From Carcharhinus amblyrhynchos (Eukaryota), in NCBI GenBank assembly GCA_965287045.1, contig OZ336874.1, forward strand, positions 53,382,001 through 53,446,000: a DNA stretch of 64,000 bases. Reading direction: 5' to 3'. The notes beneath the pieces are model-generated. The model was not told the DNA's origin. It saw only the letters and a program-made list of their open reading frames with translations, and did no database searches. A program made the translations under genes and the position numbers. This document shows positions 1 to 13,649 of the stretch, one piece after another; position 1 is the first letter of the stretch, and the number at the start of each line of letters is the position of its first letter.

Positions 1-185
1 CGGGTACTCCAGTTTCCTCCCACAGTGTGAAAGACAAGCTGATTAGGTACATTGGTCATGCTAAGTTCTCCCTCAGTGTACATGAAAAAGCACCGGAGTA
101 CGGCGACTAGGGGATTTTCACAATAACTTCATTGCACCATGAATGTAAGCCTATGTGTTACACCAATAAATAAATTTAAACTTAA
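1..185 (+). mobile_element. HE1/V-SINE-type SINE, tail type B, cut by window edge
   Basis: Core 'ctccagtttcctcccacagt...ggtacattggtcatgctaa' and tail 'gactaggggattttcacaataacttcattgca...aataaa', shared with copies at 43333, 54897, 60780. Confidence 0.85.
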
Positions 186-780
186 ATGAAATAATGAAAA
201 CACAGAAAGAAGATAAATTGTAATTCCTTGCTATGAATTGTGAATTGCAACTACGCCTTGTTTTCCAGCAAAAAAATTACAGAATGTTTTTTGGAAGGGC
301 ACAATTTCCATTCTCCAGGACTCCCTAACTCAATGGCCAAGAGGTAAGTCCAGTGATTCGGTTACTGGCTATTAGCATCCTGATGAAACACCCTTGCTAC
401 AACTGCAAGTTTTATTAGTGGAGAGCAGCAAGCACAAATTGTGTCACCTTGCTGCACTGGGCAGTGGTTACCAGCAATGTTATTAAACAATACCAAAAGG
501 GTCAGAATGAAAGCAGAAATTGGAACTATATGGCAGTATAAATGGATCTTCAGATGCTCAGGCAACATATTGTGGATAATAAAAACGGAATGTTCACCAG
601 AAGAAAGTTACCCAATATAAGATAAGGGTTTGGCAAGAAGAGGGTTAACATGGGACTGAATACAGCAGCTCTCACAGGGTGATATAATGGAACACATGGT
701 CTGAGTCTAGAGGGCAGGCTTGTACGGTGCAGAGACATGTGTAAAGGCAAGCATGGAGACAGCGCCTAGCTTAGACTTTG

Positions 781-915
781 TCTGGAATTCTCCAGCCGTT
801 CACACCAGCGGGATTCTCTTGTCCCACTGCTGGGAATGGGGATTTGATTGAATGCCAAATTCTCCATCCTCGCTTGGAGCAGCAGTGGGGCGTGAACAGC
901 TAGAGAGTTCCAGCC
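781..915. mobile_element. Palindromic MITE inserted in the 5' LTR (Harbinger-like termini)
   Basis: TIR 'ctggaattctccagccgttcacacc' matches the reverse complement of 'ggcgtgaacagctagagagttccag'; absent from the 3' LTR; related copy at ~40660-40770. Confidence 0.8.
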
Positions 916-1205
916 TTTATATACCATATATATGTATACAGATCCAAGTAGGTAATAAACTTGCTGATAAACTATACAAGACTTAAGAACCTCTTTATGA
1001 GACAAACCAGACTACACACATTTAACAACATGGCTGCTATCGGAATAACCCTGAACCTCATAGGGGCTGGAGAAGAAAGGTAAAACCTGGATGATTGAAA
1101 AGAGCAGCATTCTGACCTGACAGCAGGCATCCAGAGCGATGACAGTGAAGGAGCTCACCAGAGAAAAGCTCCAAAGCAGCATAGGAAGCAGAAAGTAGAA
1201 GTAAT

Positions 1206-2304
1206 GACTGTGATTCTCCCATTGCCACCCACAACTTTTCTGGCGGTCAGGGTGGGAAATGCATGTCGCTGGCCTTGTTCCAGGATTTGTGCATACGCCA
1301 GGAACAGATGCGCATTTCCCAGAGCCGGAGAACAGTCAGAGACCAGACCACGCTGAACCTTTTTTTTAATGTGCTTTAAATGTATTTTACATTCCATTAC
1401 CGGGATCTTACTGGTCCAGATTGAATCTCCCACCCCACCAGGAGTACTTAGATCCAATGGGGTTTAGACTACCTCCCCAAGTTTGGGGAACTAGCGGGAG
1501 ACCCTGCCGGAATGAAGGGGGGCAATTGGGGCCCCCAGGGAGTCAATCCCCGGAAGGGTGGTGCCCGTTGGGCACGGCCATCCTGGCACTGCCAGCCTAT
1601 GCCCCTTGGCATTGCCTAAGGGACAAATTGCCCATGCCCAGGTGACACCTTAGCACTGCCCATCAGGCATCAGGCAGTGTCAAGGGGCAGGGTCTCTTGT
1701 GGGCAGAGCCTAGGAGCGATTGGTAGGGGTGTGGGTTCCCGCTTCTACTGCATAGCAATCGGTTTGGAACGGAGGGAGGGCAGCGATTGGGGTGGGTTGG
1801 GGGGTGTGGTCTGCTGGGGGGGTGGCCTGATTCTCAGGAGGGGGAGGGTCTGACTGTGGGGTGGGATTAGCAAGGGGGCGGCATCTGCCAGGATGACAGG
1901 GTGAGGGGATCACCATTGTTGGGAGGGGGTTGGCCGGGCATCAGGGTGCTCTGGGGTGGGGGTTGTCAGGGCTGGCCTGGGAATTGTTGTGGGGGCCGTG
2001 ATTGGGCCGTTGGGGAGGAGGGGCTGGAGCGGCAGCACCGCAGGGGTCCTGGGCTGGCCAATGACTGAGCTGGCCAGCAAATGGGGAGCCTGACAGATCA
2101 GGGCCACTGCGCATGCGCAGAGTTCCAGAATTGTCAGTCTGGCATGAATAGGCCCCGCCCCTCTGGGTTTTTTATGAGATTCACAAATTGGGACCTCTGC
2201 AGTGCACAGAGTGGGAAGATTTGCGTGAGAAGTTGAACTGACAAAACAGTTGTGATCTAGAACAGTTTTGCGATCAATTCAGCGCTTTTGGGAGAATTGC
2301 CCCC
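1206..2304. mobile_element. GC-rich non-autonomous DNA transposon (Harbinger-like)
   Basis: Degenerate TIR 'gtgattctccc' / 'gggagaattgcccc'; internal segments recur at 16508-16735 and 20395-20961. Confidence 0.65.
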
Positions 2305-2759
2305 AGTGTGTCACACTGCAGCAGAAGACTCAGCTGAAGCCTTGTTTAGAGAGTGCAAAATCAGCAGACCTAGCTCGGGTGAGCTAAAAATACTAACGTT
2401 CTTGGCCAGAATGAGTTTTAAAAAGGTTGGCAGTTGTTAGAATTGCTGTTTTAGAACACCTGAACATGTGGCGGCTGAGATAGTTCCAATTGAGAAACCA
2501 GAAATAATATAACTTTTAAAAGATGGGCAGTTAAAAAACACAGCAAAACCCAGGAATCAATGGTTTTGCAACTCAAGAGTATCTATGTCCTGTAGGGAAG
2601 ACTCAAAAAGGGGCAATCTAGGGGAGCAAAAATTTAAATCACAGTTATGGTGACTGCTGTTACTGTGGGAGCTCACCAAAACTGACAAGCATTGGAGATC
2701 TTGTTGAGAAGAAGTGTTCGGCAGTGCCATCTTGGATTTCCCAATAGCACAGAAAGCTA

Positions 2760-3560
2760 TCAGTACTTTTAATTTTCACCAACCATGGATCAAGAATCTA
2801 CCTCACTGGGTCCGTTTGGATTTAAAGCCAAGACCAGTCACAAAATTTGGACATCGGAAAAGGTGATTTCTTAGATATATGATTGCTTCAAGTGTAGATA
2901 AAAAGACAGAAGCTGAACAGGTTAACACACTGCTTTATTTGGTAGGTCCAATAGCCGACAATATAATAGCTAGACACGAATCCTTAGCAAAAGTTTTAAA
3001 GTTATTTGACACATGTTTGAATCTAAGAAACAATATGATCCCTGAAAGACCAAGCTTTAAAACTTATCCAATGGCCAGAAAAAACTGTTGATCTTTCATT
3101 AATGAGCTATATAGAAAGGCTGGAGGCTGTGACTATGGTGACCTGAAATCAGAGCGAATCAGCAACAGAAATGTTGTTAGAGGCAGGGAGATGATGCACT
3201 CCCACATATGCTCCAAACTAAGAAAGATGTGATCCTAGAAAAAGCCATTTAAGGTGTCAGGCAATCTAAAATCCATTTGCAGCACTGATCCACCTTAAAG
3301 AGTGAAAGCAAGCCATGGTACAGAGCAGTCTCCACAATCCAGCTAGTAAAACAACAAAGGAGCAGGATAGCTGAGGCCATGGGAGGTAATAACCTTAATC
3401 AACCACTAGAGGGTGGATGACAAGCCCTGTAGAGCCAAGCAAACCCACAGGCATAATCAATGTTCAGCAGTCCGAGCACAGTGATTTAATTGCAACCGCA
3501 TAGGACACTTCGGAACGCTATACAAAACTAAAACAACTAGACCCACAGATGATCAAAAGA
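2760..3560 (+). pseudogene. Gypsy gag remnant with decayed zinc knuckle
   Basis: Translates to 'EQVNTLLYLVGPIADNII', 'FINELYRKAGGCDYGDLKSERISNRNVV', and 'C.AVRAQ*FNCNRIGHF'; frameshifts and stops. Confidence 0.8.
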
Positions 3561-3574
3561 CAATACATGAGGTC

Positions 3575-4094
3575 AAGGTAACTGGCATTGGAGGAGCTAT
3601 GGAAGAGATTCACTAGCTTGATTCCAGAGTTGAGAGAATTGGCCAATGAGGAGAGACTGAGTAGACTGGGACTATACTCATTGGAATTCAGAAGAATGAG
3701 GGGATATCACATAAAAACATATAAGATTATGAAGGGAATAGATAAGATAGAAGCAGGGAAGTTGTTTCCAGTGGCGGGTGAAACTAGAACTAGGGGGCAT
3801 AGCCTCAAAATAAGGGGGAACAGATTTAGGACTGAGTTGAGGAACTTCGTCACACAAAGATTGTGAATCTGTGGAATTTCCTGCCCAGTGAAACAGTTGA
3901 GGCTACTTCATTGAATGTTTTTAAGGCAAGGATAGATAAATTTTTGAACAGTCAAGGAATTAGGGGTTATGGTAAGTAAGCGGGTAAGTGGAGCTGAGTC
4001 CACGAAAAGATCAGCCATGATCTTATTGAATGGCAGAGCAGGTTCGAGGGGCCAGATGGCCTACTCCTGCTCCTAGTTCTTATGTTCTTATGTT
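3575..4094 (+). mobile_element. CR1 LINE 3' fragment
   Basis: ORF2 C-terminus 'RLSRLGLYSLEFRRMRG...TRGHSLKI', CR1 3' UTR and (TTCTTATG)n tail. Confidence 0.95.
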
Positions 4095-5699
4095 AACATG
4101 CCTCAGTGAGGCAAGGAAACAAACCAATTAGAATATTGTTGTACAGAAAGCTAAACTGCAAGGTAAGCCCATTGATAAGTCACACACACAGTAAGAAAAG
4201 CTACCTTCCATCCTAACACGTATCACAATGAACCACACATACAAATACAATCTGAATGACCACCAGAGACGAACTGTGAGTTCATCCTCCTCATAAGAAA
4301 TGGGATAAACCAATTGCCATCAATAACATGAGATGGGGAGTTAACTTGGAATAGTTCAACTCCAAAAAATGAAAAAAGGGAATTAACATCAACCAACCAA
4401 ATGCTAGAATAACCACAATCCAAATAACTTCCTGTTCATCAAGGTTTACCCAGTACAACAGAATCAACCACTCCTCCAACTGTAGGATCTGGAAGAATTA
4501 TAAAGCCTCCAGATCACTTGAACATAGAGATTTGAGGTGGAAAGAAATGGCAGAATTAGTATTCTCAATATTTTGGGTAAATAGGACTGCAACGTATGTT
4601 GGATAAAGATTTAGAGGGAGGTGTTGTATAAGGATCTGGCGTAGAATGGGTTAACATGGAACAAGGTACAATATCGCCCACAATGTGATGGAAAGGATCA
4701 CATGACCCAAGTCTAGAGGGCAGACTTGTACTGGACAGAGACATGTGCAGCTTAGACTTTACTCTGTATAATATGTATATAGATACAAGTAGTTAATAAA
4801 CATGCACTGCTAAACTATACAAAACTCAAAACTTCTTCATGAGACCTAACAATTACACACAACAGCAGCTAAAATGAGAGGTTCACTAACTTTCTTCTTG
4901 TCCAGTATTAAATTCAAAGCCTTAGATTTGCACATCTGCTATATCCTGGAGTAATTTCTCTATCACTGTTGATAGGAAATAATTCCTAAATATTTTGATC
5001 ATTCCTTAAACTTACCAGTAGAGACCACACTCCACGCTTATATGTTTATCTCGACGAGAAGCAATGAAAGGCTAGCAGCAGCAATAAATGAGTTAACCAT
5101 TTCTGTGCAGGTAAACAGAAATGTAGGAGGAGAAAAATAATCTAATGTTTATGCTGCCTTTACTTAATAAATAAATTTCCAAATATAGACTTAATTGCGT
5201 TGGAATCATGTTATCGTGAGATGTGAACATCTGGTAACAGTTAGGCAGCTATATCTGTCATTAGGTTTCTTTTTGGGCATGTTTACTCAAATTAATGACA
5301 GCAAGGCACAGAGCAGTCCTAGCAGTTAAACAACAAAAATGGTCAACAGTTGAAGCTTATTGATGACTTTGTATGTGTATTTAATGCAAACCTTACACCT
5401 TTTCCCATTACTCATCCTTACTTGACTGAGAGGGTAGAAGTTTCCAATTTGGGCATCAATGGATTTCAAAGGAAATGCTTGGTATTTTGATTTTAGATAT
5501 GTACCTTTTCTTATTATCAATGAATTTCTTTGTGAAAGTCACTCTGTGGAGGTGTTTTAGTATATTAAATATTTTAGGGACACAAAAAGGATATTTTAAT
5601 TTTTTGAATCTCTGTATTGAAATATATCACAGAACAAGTTATAAAAATATTCTTCTTCTCAAGTTGCTTTATCAAATTCACAGTGATGTGTGGCCAATA

Positions 5700-6007
5700 G
5701 TTATGTTGATCTGTTCACATTGATTGAATGTTAGCTGTGTTTAATTACATTCAGGTGATGGGCATTAACTGGGAACTCACACGTGTCCCTATAAATAGAC
5801 ACACGCCCCACCAGGGGAAGGTGCCTCCATGCCTTTGTGCTTAATCTATTGATAATTTGTTTCATTAAAAGAATATAAATAGCCATGGACTGAAACTGTG
5901 GTTATTGGGTGAGGAAGTGTTTGCTTGTCATCTGTAATGATGTAAATAAATGCTTAGAAAGCATTTCCAGTTGTATCCTTCACCCATTGGCTTTCAGGAA
6001 GATACCA
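5700..6007 (+). mobile_element. Possible solo LTR
   Basis: TG...CA-like ends, TATAAATA near 5790, AATAAA near 5945; no internal sequence. Pattern only. Confidence 0.35.
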
Positions 6008-6265
6008 TGTTCATAATGAGGAGAGTAAATCCCCTCAGAACATAGGCATTGCTTTATTGATTGGTTTTAAACATAAAAACATGAATCCAAATCACGGTGA
6101 CAATTTGACAAGCCGAATCAGGCACAGAAATTATAAATTTCTGAAATACAGCCCAAGCCCAATTTGCAAGCTTGTTTAAGCCATTTCTAATTTAATCAAG
6201 GCATTTTTTAGATGGGTCTGTTGCCAGCCTTAAATGATTACTGGTCTTATCTCACATTTTTTTCC

Positions 6266-6576
6266 GTAGAATCCCTACAGTGCAGAAGAAAGCCATTCAC
6301 TCTACTGGGCCTGCATCAACAACAATCCATCCAGGGCTTATTCCCCCTCATCCCATGCATTTACCCTACTAATCCCCCTGACACCAAGGGGCAATTTACC
6401 ATGGCCAATCCACCTAACCTATGCACCTTTGGACTATGGGAGGAAAGCGGAGCACCCAGAAAAAATCCACACAGACGTGGGAGAACATGCAAACTCCTCA
6501 CAGTCAGTCACCTGAGGCTGGAATTGAATCCAGGTACCTGGCGCTGTGAGGCAGCAGTGTTAACCACTGTGCCACC
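6266..6576 (-). mobile_element. HE1-type SINE (tail type A, CR1/HER1-like)
   Basis: Reverse complement of tRNA-like head 'ggtggcacagtggttaacactgctgcctcacagcgccagg', core, and '...gcactgtagggattcta' tail. Confidence 0.92.
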
Positions 6577-6719
6577 AAACTGCACTTTGTGGAAATTTTG
6601 CAGCACCTCTAACTAGTTTTTCAGGCTCTGTAATAGCTAGCTGTGACATTGTTGAAAGTGGTGGCAAAATAGAACTGGGGATGAAGCTGACTCTGTCATG
6701 ATGGGCACTGTCCTTTTTT

Positions 6720-7040
6720 TAATTAATTCATGGGGCATGGACATCGCTAGGTGACCAGCATTTATTGCCCATCCCTTGTTGCCCTTGAGAAGGTGGTAAT
6801 GAGCCACCTTCTTGAAACATTGCAGTCCACATTGCTGTGGGTTGACCCACAATGCCATTAAGGATGGAATTCCAGGATTTTGACCCAGCAACTGCGACAT
6901 ATTTCCAAATCAGGACTGTCAGTGGCTTGGAGGGGAACTTGCAGGTGTTGATGTTCTCATATATCTTATGTCCTTGTTCTTCTAGATGGAAGTGGTCATG
7001 GGTTTGGAAGATGCTGTCTAACAATCTTTGATGAATTACT
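6720..7040 (-). mobile_element. CR1/L2-group LINE 3' end (second LINE family)
   Basis: Minus-strand 'TCKFPSKPLTVLIWKYVAVAGSKSWNS' and 'FKKVAHYHLLKGN', 3' UTR 'ggcaataaatgctgg'. Confidence 0.8.
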
Positions 7041-7714
7041 GCAGAATCGATCATCAAGGTGCAACATGTAGATGAGGAAGAGGACTGGGCTATCAATGGA
7101 TTATTGGTGAACTATGGAAGTATGTGAATAAGAGCTGGGGCTAAAGCCATTGCTGGAGATTCACTGATTAATTCTGACAGGATAGGAGTGGAAATATATG
7201 CGGCAAACCCACGCAAGTGACATGGTGGATGAAGAAGGCATGATCAAGCAGATCCAACACTGCAAAGAGGTCAGGCAAGACAAACAGTAATGAATCAATG
7301 CGGTCACAGTCAGGAAGGATGCTGTTGGTGACTTTGAGTTAGTCTGTGTGGTGAGTAGGGTGAAAACCAGACTGAAGGTTCCAAGGGAAAAGTTAAATGG
7401 GAATGAAGACATATTCAAGTCTTTGAAAAAGGTGAAGCCAATGATCGGTTAGTCTTGAAGATGACTAAATTACAGGGTTATGGGTTAAAGGCTGTGGTGT
7501 GGAGTAAACTGGACATCTCTTTCAAAGGGTCAGCACAGAGATGACAAATTGACTGATCTCTGTGTGTGCTATATTATTCAATGGTGAAAATGGCTGGTGC
7601 AGTAGTAAGTTTTAAGCAAGGGGATGATAGCAATGAAAGGGGGTAATCGCTTGAATGAATAAAACCAACAACAATGTCACCAAACACTGGTATCAGTAAA
7701 CAGTGAGTCAATAA

Positions 7715-8121
7715 GGTGGCATGGTGGAGCAGTGTTTAGTACTGCTGCCTCATAGTACCAGGGACCCGGGTTCAATTCTGGCCTGTGTAGAGTTTGCACG
7801 TTCCCCCCCGTGTCAAAGAACAAAGAACAAAGAACAACCCAGCATGGGAAACAGGCCCTTCGGCCCAACGAGCCCGCACTGCGAGTCAGTGTGGGTTTCC
7901 CCCAGGTACATCAGTTTCCTCCTACAGCCCAAAGATATGCAGATTAGGTGGATTTTTGCCATGCTAAATTGCTCCTTAGTGTCCCAAGATGTGTAAGCTA
8001 GGGGGATTAGTGGGGTAAACGTGTGGAGTTACAGGGTGGGCCTGAGTAAGATGCTCTTTCAGAGAGTCAGTGCAGACTCGATGGGCCTTCTTCTACACTG
8101 TAAGGGTTCTATGATTCCATG
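7715..8121 (+). mobile_element. HE1-type SINE (tail A) interrupted by a ~65 bp antisense CR1 tail
   Basis: Head with A/B boxes; (AAAGAAC)3 plus 'caggcccttcggccc' insert at ~7815-7880; tail 'gactcgatgggcc...ttctatgattcca'. Confidence 0.9.
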
Positions 8122-9039
8122 AAGTAGATGCACTCGAATAGCCCTAGTTTTATGGGTATGAAAGTGGGAGTTTTAACAGAGTGAATGCAAAGGATAGAAG
8201 ATGCAGAGTTGCTTGATGTAGTTGAGGATGTTGAACACCAAAGCAGGGATCTGTTTAGCAGGCCATGATCATGGGGCTATCATGAGCTGAGACTTAGATG
8301 AGAGGATTTGGGAGAATTAGTTGATAAGAAGGTGATGCTCTGTACCTTCAGGAGTGAAGGATCAGTAATTATTCAATGCTGAAGGAGGGGGACTTAGCAA
8401 GGACATCACCATGAGATGTGGAAGGACAGTCAGTAAAAGGGGCTTTGAATGGAAGTTGAAATTGGTGGAACAGCATGAGGTGCTCTAATGGGGAAAAGCA
8501 GCTGAGGAGTAAAGAAAGAGACTACAAATTGGGAACCACTGATAAAATTAATCACATCACTGTGGCCGGCGCACTGTAAGAAGTGAAGCTTGTTGGGGGT
8601 GCATCAGTGGGGGAAAGTCGCTGCCCATTACTTAGGATAGAAAGGCAACAATTAAGGCAGCAAGGTAGCACCACTGTGCTCAATGAATTCTGAAGGGAAA
8701 GACAAAAAAATGTAAGTAGGCAGTGGCATTTCTGTGTTTACGTGCTACAGTTAAATAAAGCTAAAGATTAAGCTGGGTGTAGCAAACCTAAGACAATCAA
8801 TATCCACCCTTTGTCAGCAATGTAAAACTGTACCCTTGCACTGACTATTGTATTAAACAAACTGAAATCAGATAGACAAATACTTGACTTATTTTCTGAA
8901 ACTCATGATTTATAGATTGATTTTCAAGTAGATGCAGGTCAGAAGATAAAGTATGAGTTTGTTGAATGTTTTATGATGTATATTTTATTCATTAATGATT
9001 TTCACCTCATGAGTATCTTTATTATGCTCTATTATATTG

Positions 9040-9579
9040 TGGCAATATTACCAAGGAGCTTATATGCACAACTCCAGAACATTTGATTCCGAACTTGGGA
9101 CTTTCCAGTCAGCCTCCAAGTTCCTGCGGGTGGTGGGGGCAGTTTAGTTACCTGGAAACGGCCTCCCAGAGGCAGACAGTGGGCAGGGGGGGAGCAGAGG
9201 GGAAACTGTGCTCTACACAGGCTGAGAGGCCCACCTCTGCCTGCCTGGATTCTATAGCAGCCACAGGTCACCTTTTGGGTAAAGCATCCTGCCACCCACC
9301 CCCATGATAGTAATGGACAAACTGTGAAAAAATTGGATTTAACCTCTCTGTCTTCCTCTTGCTCCTACCTGCTATGGTATCATGCTGAGATTTTCGTGCT
9401 GGAAGGCCTCCTATTGGTTGTCAGGACCTGACCACCATCATTAATTAAGATGGCAAGCCTGCCCCCTGGCCAAATCTGGGAAAATCGCAATGATTGACTG
9501 TTCCCCACACAATGTGGGCTCCTGACCTCCGTCTGAGGCTAATGGTGGGGTTCAGAAGCCTGTAGGGAACTCCTGCCCT
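9040..9579. mobile_element. Non-autonomous Harbinger-like DNA element remnant
   Basis: GC-rich block ending 'ctcctgccc', the terminal motif of the other Harbinger derivatives in this window. Confidence 0.4.
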
Positions 9580-10899
9580 GGAATATGGAAAAATGATGAT
9601 TGCATGGCAAACTACCAATCATATTAATTTTCAAGAATGTTGTTAAGTTCTGTCTTGGCATAAGGAATTTCATGCTAATTAAAGCAGAAACCAATGACTT
9701 ACTAGTGTCCCGTAATTCATATGCTGCAGTTAATCATGGCTGACAATTAACTTTTTGCCCTTCCTGAATTAAGACTCAGTGGAAATCAACAGGATTTTGT
9801 GAAAAGGTTTTCGAAGGAGGACAATGGGTTAACATAAAATAAGATGAAATGTCAGCTTTCTAAATGGCACAAATACAAGTATAAGTATTTTGAATAGGGT
9901 AAATCTTCAGGAAGCTCAGGTTCGACTGTGAGAGTTTTTGAATTTATTACTTTCTCTTGTATTTCAACATGCTTTCAATACAGATGTGTATTGCACCAGC
10001 TCAGAATGGTTTACATTTTAGAAAAATGACACTTTATGTGACAGATATTTTCCTCTGTTTCACTTCCAACCCCCCCAAAAAACACATCGACTTCTATACA
10101 TGAACAGTATTTTATCAAATCTCTGTTTTCATAAAGCATTGACTGGTTGATCTGGAGAACTGGAGGTTAGCGTTTGAGTTTCCTGTGTGTGTACAGTCCT
10201 GTTGACAATGTTGTTTTCTTTGGAGAATGTCCAGGTCCTGTGATAATTAAGGTACTATAAAGTTACAGCAACAAATTGCAAGTGATTAATTTGTATAGTT
10301 TAACTGTGTATGGCTCATCAGTGTGAGAAAGAAACTACAACTTGGCAGAGTGGGAACACAATCTGATTTTATCCAACTCAGAGTCTTATTAAATTAATTC
10401 TTAAAAATAACCCTCTTCTAACTGAAGATTTAAGTGCTGCCAGTTTCCGACTTGGCTGCCTTAACTTTGGCAGTAGATTAGTGGAAACCCTAGGGGAGCA
10501 CCCTTAGTAGAATCCTGCCGAAGATTTCTCATCGACAGACGTAACGGAGTCAGGGTTCTGTATGGGGCCGAGGTGTGATCTTGACACCCACCTAATATAT
10601 CTGGCATGATGCCCATGGTCAACATAAGAGCTGGGCTTCATTTAAATTTAAAGTGGTAAGCAAGGAACCAATGGCAACAGGCTGCTCACCGATTGGACAA
10701 CTCTGAACTGACGAAAGAGAATGAGTTGGATTTGTGAACATAAGGTCTTGACTAACACAAACGATGGTAATCCAAACCTCCAGAGCAAGATTAATGTAGA
10801 GGTGTATAACACCCTCAGGCCATGGTACCTGAGGATAGAAGAGGTCATAGTTCACTCATCTAGTTGAGTTGGCGATGAGTACAGTGGACAGCAGACTGT

Positions 10900-11690
10900 C
10901 TTTAATGGTAATTATATGACTTCCAGATAGCATTTGCTAAGGCTCTGCACAACTAATCATTAGCAAAAATGGAAGTGCCTGTGACACAGGCTGGCAATTG
11001 GTTGAGAGATCGGAGACAGAGTGCAAAAACAAAAGGAACATCTTCTGATCATGACAGGTTATGACAAACGATGTTCCCTGGGGATCTTCACTGGCTGTAT
11101 GACCTTGCATGTTAATAAACTAGATGAAGAGTTAGAGGATTATCATCTAAGTTTTCAAATGACACTAATTTAGAAGATGCTGTTAAATTATGTGTTAATT
11201 TGCAACAGAATACAAACAGGCAGACATGTGGGTGATCAAAAGAATAGCAGATAGAGTTCAATGTAGGGTAGTGAGAGGTCAGTCACTTTGTACCCAAGAA
11301 AGACAAATTGAAATACATTTTTAATGTTCAAAGATTAGGAGGTGTCCATATTCTTTCAAAGGTAGCAAACAGACACAAAACATAATCAAAAAGCCAAATG
11401 GAATTTATCTCAGGAGAATTGGAATTCAAAAGTGAGGAAGTGATAAATGGTTTATATTCCCTCAAGTTTAGAAGGCTGAGGAGTGAGCTAATTGAGATCT
11501 TTAACATGATAAAGAGGTTTGATTGGATAGATCATTTCCTCGAGGCAGGGAATCTAATTAGAGCTGGACCACTTAGGAGTGAGATGAGGAAGCAATTTTT
11601 CACACAAAGGACAGTGGTAACCTAAAACTTTCTCCCACAGAACGTTGTGGATTCTGGATTAATTTACATTTTTGAGACTGAGATCTTGAA
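10900..11690 (+). mobile_element. Old CR1 RT-to-3' fragment
   Basis: Decayed 'DFQ.AF', 'VP.GS', 'LYSLKFRRLRSELIEIF...MRKQFFTQR'. Confidence 0.8.
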
Positions 11691-12493
11691 CTGTAATGAT
11701 TTGCGATTAGTGTAGGGACATTATCATTATGCAGCTTTAAGAAAATGTAAGCTGTCTAATTGTGAAAGTCTTCATTTTAACTCTGTAGCTTGATAGTGGG
11801 GTTTGAGGGCATAATGGGGGAGGATCTATTTGCATTCAGACTCAGGAAGGATCCAGGGTGATTGCTCATTCACAGAAAACAGGAGTCTGGCATTTTGGCT
11901 GGATTTGAGCCCGAGGTTAGGCTTCTGAAACATCGAGGGCATGAATGTCCAGGGGATTCTCCCAAATTTCAATTGCAACTTTGGCCGAACGGATGCTGAA
12001 AGCCTGGAATAAAACCATAATTCACCTCACAAGCGTGTACCCAATTTATTTAATTCAGCTTTTCATATTTTTCTTATTTATTTGTTAATTAAGTGAATGT
12101 GGAATGGTTTTTTTGCATTGAACCAGAAGAGATGGGGAGAGTCTCAACTTAAACATCAGAGCAACTACTTAAAAATGTGAATGTTTGTTTATGGAATAGT
12201 GAACCAACTCTTAGTGCAGTAAGGGTTCATTTCAAATATTCAAAACTAAAAGCACAGATATCTGACACATGGGATTAGCGAGGTTTGCAATTGCTATTAA
12301 ACCTGGAAGAAGATTAAAATGATCTTACTGGTCTCTCAGCAACAATCTAAATTCCAGGGTTGTTCCAATAGGCAAAATGGTCTTTCCTTATATTCTTAAC
12401 TTCAAAGAATAATCTAGTTTCTTTACAAATTTACTTTACTTTGAAAAATATGTTGATTTTGGGGACCTGGTTAGAAAATTGGGTTAATACATT

Positions 12494-13235
12494 GGGATAG
12501 ATTTTCATCTTTCCCACTTGGGCATTAAGTACAGCCTGGATGAAGATCAAAGGTGAATATTGATATGGGGAGGATTGCACATCTGTGGACATCTTGGGAA
12601 AGCCTCCAGGTGGAGAAGGCCATTGTACCTTGTGCCACTTGGGCACTTAACTGGCCAGCAGCGGGCCTTCCCTCAAAATCAAGGACCCAGGGTTTGGGAG
12701 TTCCACCCTCTGGGAGATGCCAGCCAGTCAGAGACCAGCAGCTCTTTGTGTTCAGCGCTGCCAACGATGAGACGGTGGCTGCTGCCAGCATCATATCCAC
12801 CCAGGCACCTGAATGCTGAGGGCACAAGTGAGTGATGGTGGAAAAGGGGTCATTGGAAGGGGTTTTTCAAGGACAGGGATGTCAATAGCAAGGGGATGGG
12901 TCTCAGTGCATTGACTGCCTCCCACTCTCTTTGTACTCCCCTTTCACTGAGTGCCTGTGAATGAGGTGCCTTTCCACAGGAGCCAACAAGGAAACATGCT
13001 AGTGTTAGCTTGTCATGCTCCCTGCATGCTGAGCCCCTTATCCGCCACTGAGTCAATACTATTAGTTGCCCCTGTAAGGACCTTAGCGAGTGCCGGGTCG
13101 GAAGACTGTCCACAGGCTTTGTACAGACTTCATCAGGAAAGAACTGAGAAAGCGATGGAGTCTCCATCCAACACCTTCCCATCTGATTAGATACCTCCTG
13201 CCAGCAAGCTTGCCACAGGGCCGGTGCAATTTTAC
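12494..13235. mobile_element. Non-autonomous Harbinger-like element remnant
   Basis: Starts 'gggatagatttt', GC-rich interior; no intact ORF. Confidence 0.4.
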
Positions 13236-13649
13236 TTTTGTTTTAGAAGTCATGACAATATCTTGCCTATGATGTTGTAGAATATTAAATAGATTCCTAT
13301 TGGTGCCCTTCTGGGAGGTAAACTTCGGACACACCACGACCAGCCTCAAAATGACTGATTGTCATCGATGACAATGGACAAATAACAACAGCAAGGTAAA
13401 CATTCCTCCATGGTAACAGTTATGGCACTCATTATCCTGAAACTCCATAATCGGTAAGTGGCACTGGTCACTCCACCAACCCCTGGCAATGACCTGAAGG
13501 TCCATAATAAGATGAGCCACCACCCAGCAGTGCTATAGCTAATAGAACGAAACCAAAAGAGACATGACTTCAGGTACGTAGTTACAAAGTAAGTAACATG
13601 CAGCTTACATGAGGAAGATGAGGAAGTACACACTGTAGGGCTGTCAACT

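Larger units (their letters stand above)
568..4864 (+). mobile_element. Decayed, internally deleted Gypsy-type LTR retrotransposon
   Basis: Two homologous LTRs (~568/615-1030 and 4622-4864, sharing 'gggttaacatgg', 'gtctagagggcag', 'taaactatacaa'); PBS-like TGG at 1031; purine tract 'ttagagggagg' 4611-4621; gag remnant; pol C-terminal 'RSGRIIKPPD' near 4485-4530. Confidence 0.85.

Noticed and set aside
269-343. Plus-strand exon candidate with strong acceptor and donor
   Set aside because: Two open frames, no recognisable protein, phase not clearly linked to other candidates.
13358-13375. Perfect 18 bp palindrome ATTGTCATCGATGACAAT
   Set aside because: Roughly 0.25 or more expected by chance in 64 kb; no supporting context.
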